The notes under the pieces are model-generated. The model was given only the letters and a program-made list of their open reading frames with translations, did no database searches and had not been told where the DNA came from. Positions 62,411 through 64,000 of a stretch of DNA of 64,000 nt are shown one piece after another. A program made the position numbers and the translations under genes. This stretch comes from Amoebidium appalachense (Eukaryota; Protista; Ichthyosporea): NCBI GenBank assembly GCA_963693365.1, contig CAVNZM010000013.1:3252722-3316721 (forward strand), read 5' to 3'. Numbering within the stretch: the first letter of the stretch is position 1; each line of letters starts with the position of its first letter.

Positions 62411-64000
62411 TTTCCTGTGTGTTTGTAACTACAACGACACTCGAGTGGGTGTGTGGATTCTGTGAACGTGTGCTCGTGTGTAACTGTGCCCGAACGCTAC
62501 CGTGGCTAGAGTGATGGCTTGGAGGCTTTTATATTGCGTGGGTCCCCTTGGCAACTCCGCGGCGACATTCCTCAAATGCTGGATTGATTCCATTGGTTAA
62601 TGCTCCAAAACTCAGTCGGACCTGACCGACAGGCAGAAAAATGACAAGGATATATCGATGCAAAAATCATACAGTTCTACGCGAGCGTAGACTTTTCTGC
62701 TACTAGCAAAGCACTGAAAAAACAGGATATATATTAATCACTGTGTACGTTGGGCGGTGTTTTTTAGTGCTATAATAATATCACAATGCTGTGGAAGCAA
62801 AACACTTCGCTTTACGTATTTGGTATTTCTGTTGTTGGCCGTTGTCCATAAAACGACATTGTGATTGGTGCTTAGTCATTTGACCTTTTTCTATTGTCGA
62901 CCTGATGAATGGCTCGTCATTGGCTGTGAAAATTATTACGACCAATTTGATTGGTGTGAATAAATTCGTAGCATTCCAAGTGGGCTTATCATGGTGGGTC
63001 GGGCGGTGCAACGTTGGTACAAGTTTCACATACTCGTTTATACATTAAAGTTTTGAAGTTTTCACAACTTAAAGAAAATACAACTGAATACTAAATTTTA
63101 CATACTAAGAATAAATATTTGTGACAGGAACACAGCTCAATCTAGACCAGCGTTTGCGCTCCTAGCATGCATGGTCCATCTTTCTAGCGTTTTCACATAA
63201 TCGATCTATGTAAGAAGTACGCCAATAAGAAGTTGTTATCAAAAGCTTAATTTGGTTATAGTGCATTCCATGAGCAATCAAACGCCAATTAAAATACGTT
63301 CATCTACAGCACACGTGCCCAATAAAATTTTGAAACGGACATATAAGGATTTTGGGATAGGTGTGCTCAAATTTCGAAACAGTATCTCGCTATATCAAAT
63401 CATGCGAATTCCAGGTTCCACGATTCCACCTGAGGCTGAAGTTAGCTTCAAAATATAACAGAAATGTATAACCCATTATATATTTATCATTAATCCAATT
63501 TCTTTCCTGATATAAGAAAAAACAAACATTATCAAAACTCTTGAATGACTGTAATCATATTTATCATAAAGTTATCAATATCAAAACTATTTATTTCCCT
63601 TTAGTTGAGATAAAGAATTGAAAATATGAAAGAATGTTAGAAGTTAACTGTGCTGCGTACGAATCATGCCGTGCGCCCCCGGCTCTCGATCGAGACTCAA
63701 CGACGTCAACGTGTCGTGTACACGTGTAAGCGTGTCTCAGTGGAACGTTTGAACATTACCATTAGTACTGCTATAGAGCTGAAAATTTGGTGCTCCCCGC
63801 GAATATACACATGTGTACATTCGTGAAGGGACAGTGTTGGGGTGGTACAGAACAGCCTGCGTCGATGAAGACATGCCATCGTGACTGATGCAAATGGACA
63901 AGTGTTCAGTGACATGCATCGGGTGAGGCAGGCGAGTGAGTAGCCATTGATATAGGCAAGTAGCCTCATTACATATACAACCCGCGGTTGAAATACATGA

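Overview
Intron-rich eukaryotic DNA saturated with poly(C)/poly(G) tracts and (CA)/(TG) microsatellites. Nearly all ORFs in the supplied track (Pro/Gly, His-Thr and Cys-Val runs) are artefacts of these repeats. Spliced genes rebuilt by hand from GT-AG junctions: the 3' end of SAS10/UTP3, QCR9, SDE2, an 11-exon S10 serine carboxypeptidase, a membrane-anchored LTD+CotH kinase-family gene and UDP-glucose 6-dehydrogenase. There is also a frameshifted exon encoding two tandem 4-Cys modules. Mobile DNA with visible target-site duplications (TSDs): a three-LTR Copia-type TRIM, a hAT element nested in a PIF/Harbinger-type element, a hAT MITE and a 33-bp palindromic mini-element. The most striking signal is a dispersed, variably 5'-truncated non-coding element (6 clear and 2 degenerate copies, at least two subfamilies). 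Its 3' end abuts poly(C), one copy has a (C)n-ATTC TSD, and it carries a covarying RNA stem-loop/pseudoknot. It is a candidate poly(dC)/poly(dG)-targeting retroposon. All calls are by eye; no database searches were run.
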